Assembly: GCA_001643675.2 (NCBI GenBank)
Contig: LSRY02000040.1
Coordinates: forward strand, 372,001 to 436,000
Source: Monocercomonoides exilis PA203
Taxonomy: Eukaryota > Protista > Preaxostyla
Direction of reading: 5' to 3'
Length of the DNA stretch: 64,000 bases
Each line of letters begins with the position of its first letter. Within the stretch, counting starts at the first letter, position 1. The notes beneath the pieces were generated by a model. That model did no database searches, had not been told where the DNA came from, and was given only the letters and a program-made list of their open reading frames with translations. The position numbers and the translations under genes are program-made. Of the stretch, positions 62,570-64,000 are shown piece by piece.

Positions 62570-63978
62570 TCAAACATAAACAAAATATTTAGAAAAATTC
62601 AACGATAACCCATCATAATTTTTATTGCTGAGAAAATAAACCATTTCATGAAAGCTTGTGATGATATCTTCGTATCCTTCTTCCTCCATCTTTTCAAATA
62701 TCTTTCTTTTCAATTCTTTTCGTTTTGTTTTGGTAGTTTCTCCATCCGTCTTTTCTTTTATTCTTTCTGAAATATTCAAAAAGAAAAGCAAACAATTCCA
62801 CAAAATATCATCATTCACAGTTGATTGATTCATTTCTTCTGAAAACACAACTATTGTGCCTTCCTTCAGAAACACATCAATTTCCACATTTCTATTTTCT
62901 GCTGCACATCGAAGTGAATCGAGACATCTATTGCAAATATCTTTGTGATTGTCCCTTGATTCCCGAATCATTTGAACAAGGCTGCCTATCAGTCCAGCAA
63001 GTTCTTCGTCCCACAATGTGTATGAGTTTAAGAACTCAGAAATCACATCGAACCATCTCTCGATAACAAGCACTTCCTTTGCTTCATTTTCTCCTTTTCC
63101 CTCTTCTTTTTTCTTCCAGTCAACACTCTTTGACAGATCTTCCAGCTCTCTTCTTGCCTCTCTTGCGAAATGCAATTCATTCACGATCACTTCTTCCAAG
63201 TTTTTGTCCCAATAAAATCGATTCATCAAAAACTGCCAAGCTGATTGATTGGCAAGGCGTGTCAAATTATGATGCTCCTGGTGATGTTTAATAATTTCTG
63301 TTATCTCATTCAAATACAGTCCTTGTTCAATTTCCTTTTGAAAAAAAAAGAGGAAAAAATTAATAATTCCAAAATGGAAATTGAAATGCTCACACAGTTC
63401 CATCATCAATGCAACTCAAACACAATAAAGCCATTTCCACTTCTTTTTGAGTCTCCTCGTTTCCCTCTTTCTTCGAGGCAGCTTTCAGAAGGCAATGCAC
63501 AATTATTGAACGAAATTCATCTGGAATGAAGTCGATATATAGAAAAGTGAAGCATTCACAAAGATCAATAAGAAGCATTTCATCGTTTTTCTTCTCACTT
63601 TCATTAATTATCATCTCTTTCATACTTTCGCTCAATGATGAATCATCAAAAGAATCACATAAAAAGCATTTCAATTCCTTGCAACGTCCAACATGCTTCA
63701 ACAACAAGGTTGCAGTTACCAATGACAATGAATTTTTTTCAATCTTTTGGTGAATTTTATTGAATAGTTCTATCGTGAAAATTGATTCAAATTCTTTGCC
63801 ATTCATTTCATCAATTAATCCATTTATTTCCATGATTTTTTGCACTTGTTCCTCCTCATCGCACTCTTCAAGTCCATCAAACAACGCTTCAAAATTTTAA
63901 AGAAAGAAAGAAATGCAATTACCAGAAATTCAAATGCAGCAATTGATGCAAACCAGTGAACTTTTCGGTGATGCTCAT
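62570..63978 (-). CDS. Same 3-exon family, copy C, apparently intact (about 426 aa)
   Basis: Exons 63978-63954, 63886-63396, 63334-62570; GT-AG introns; 25+491+765 nt in frame without stops. Confidence 0.85.
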
Positions 63979-64000
63979 TTTCTTCGACTTTTTGCAAAGC

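Noticed and set aside
1-64000. Non-standard genetic code (TAA/TAG read as Gln, as in some oxymonads)
   Set aside because: Intact genes end in TAG or TAA; internal stops align with Lys/Leu-type residues in paralogues and co-occur with TGA stops and frameshifts.

Overview
AT-rich eukaryotic DNA with short GT-AG introns, poly-Ser (TCT)n coding tracts and the standard genetic code. Gene families and style resemble an oxymonad protist such as Monocercomonoides (inference from recall, not a database result). The window is mostly nested mobile DNA. It holds a structurally complete but mutated DIRS tyrosine-recombinase retrotransposon (ITRs plus ICR) and two further DIRS remnants, an apparently intact intron-containing pogo/Fot1-like DD35D transposon, two decayed hAT-like transposases, a Merlin (IS1595-like) transposase split in two, and several MITE/foldback elements. 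Most notable are several TIR-bounded elements with no transposase that enclose broken, often chimeric host-gene fragments ('Pack'-type elements): an 11.9 kb hAT-type element with an 8-bp TSD, two 3.5 kb elements with TAGATACAATG-type ends, and a possible 5 kb element. Host genes include a SPRY-like Ser-rich gene, three paralogues of a 3-exon helical family and an intronless bacterial-type acyltransferase-3 gene (candidate lateral transfer). All alignments were done by eye.
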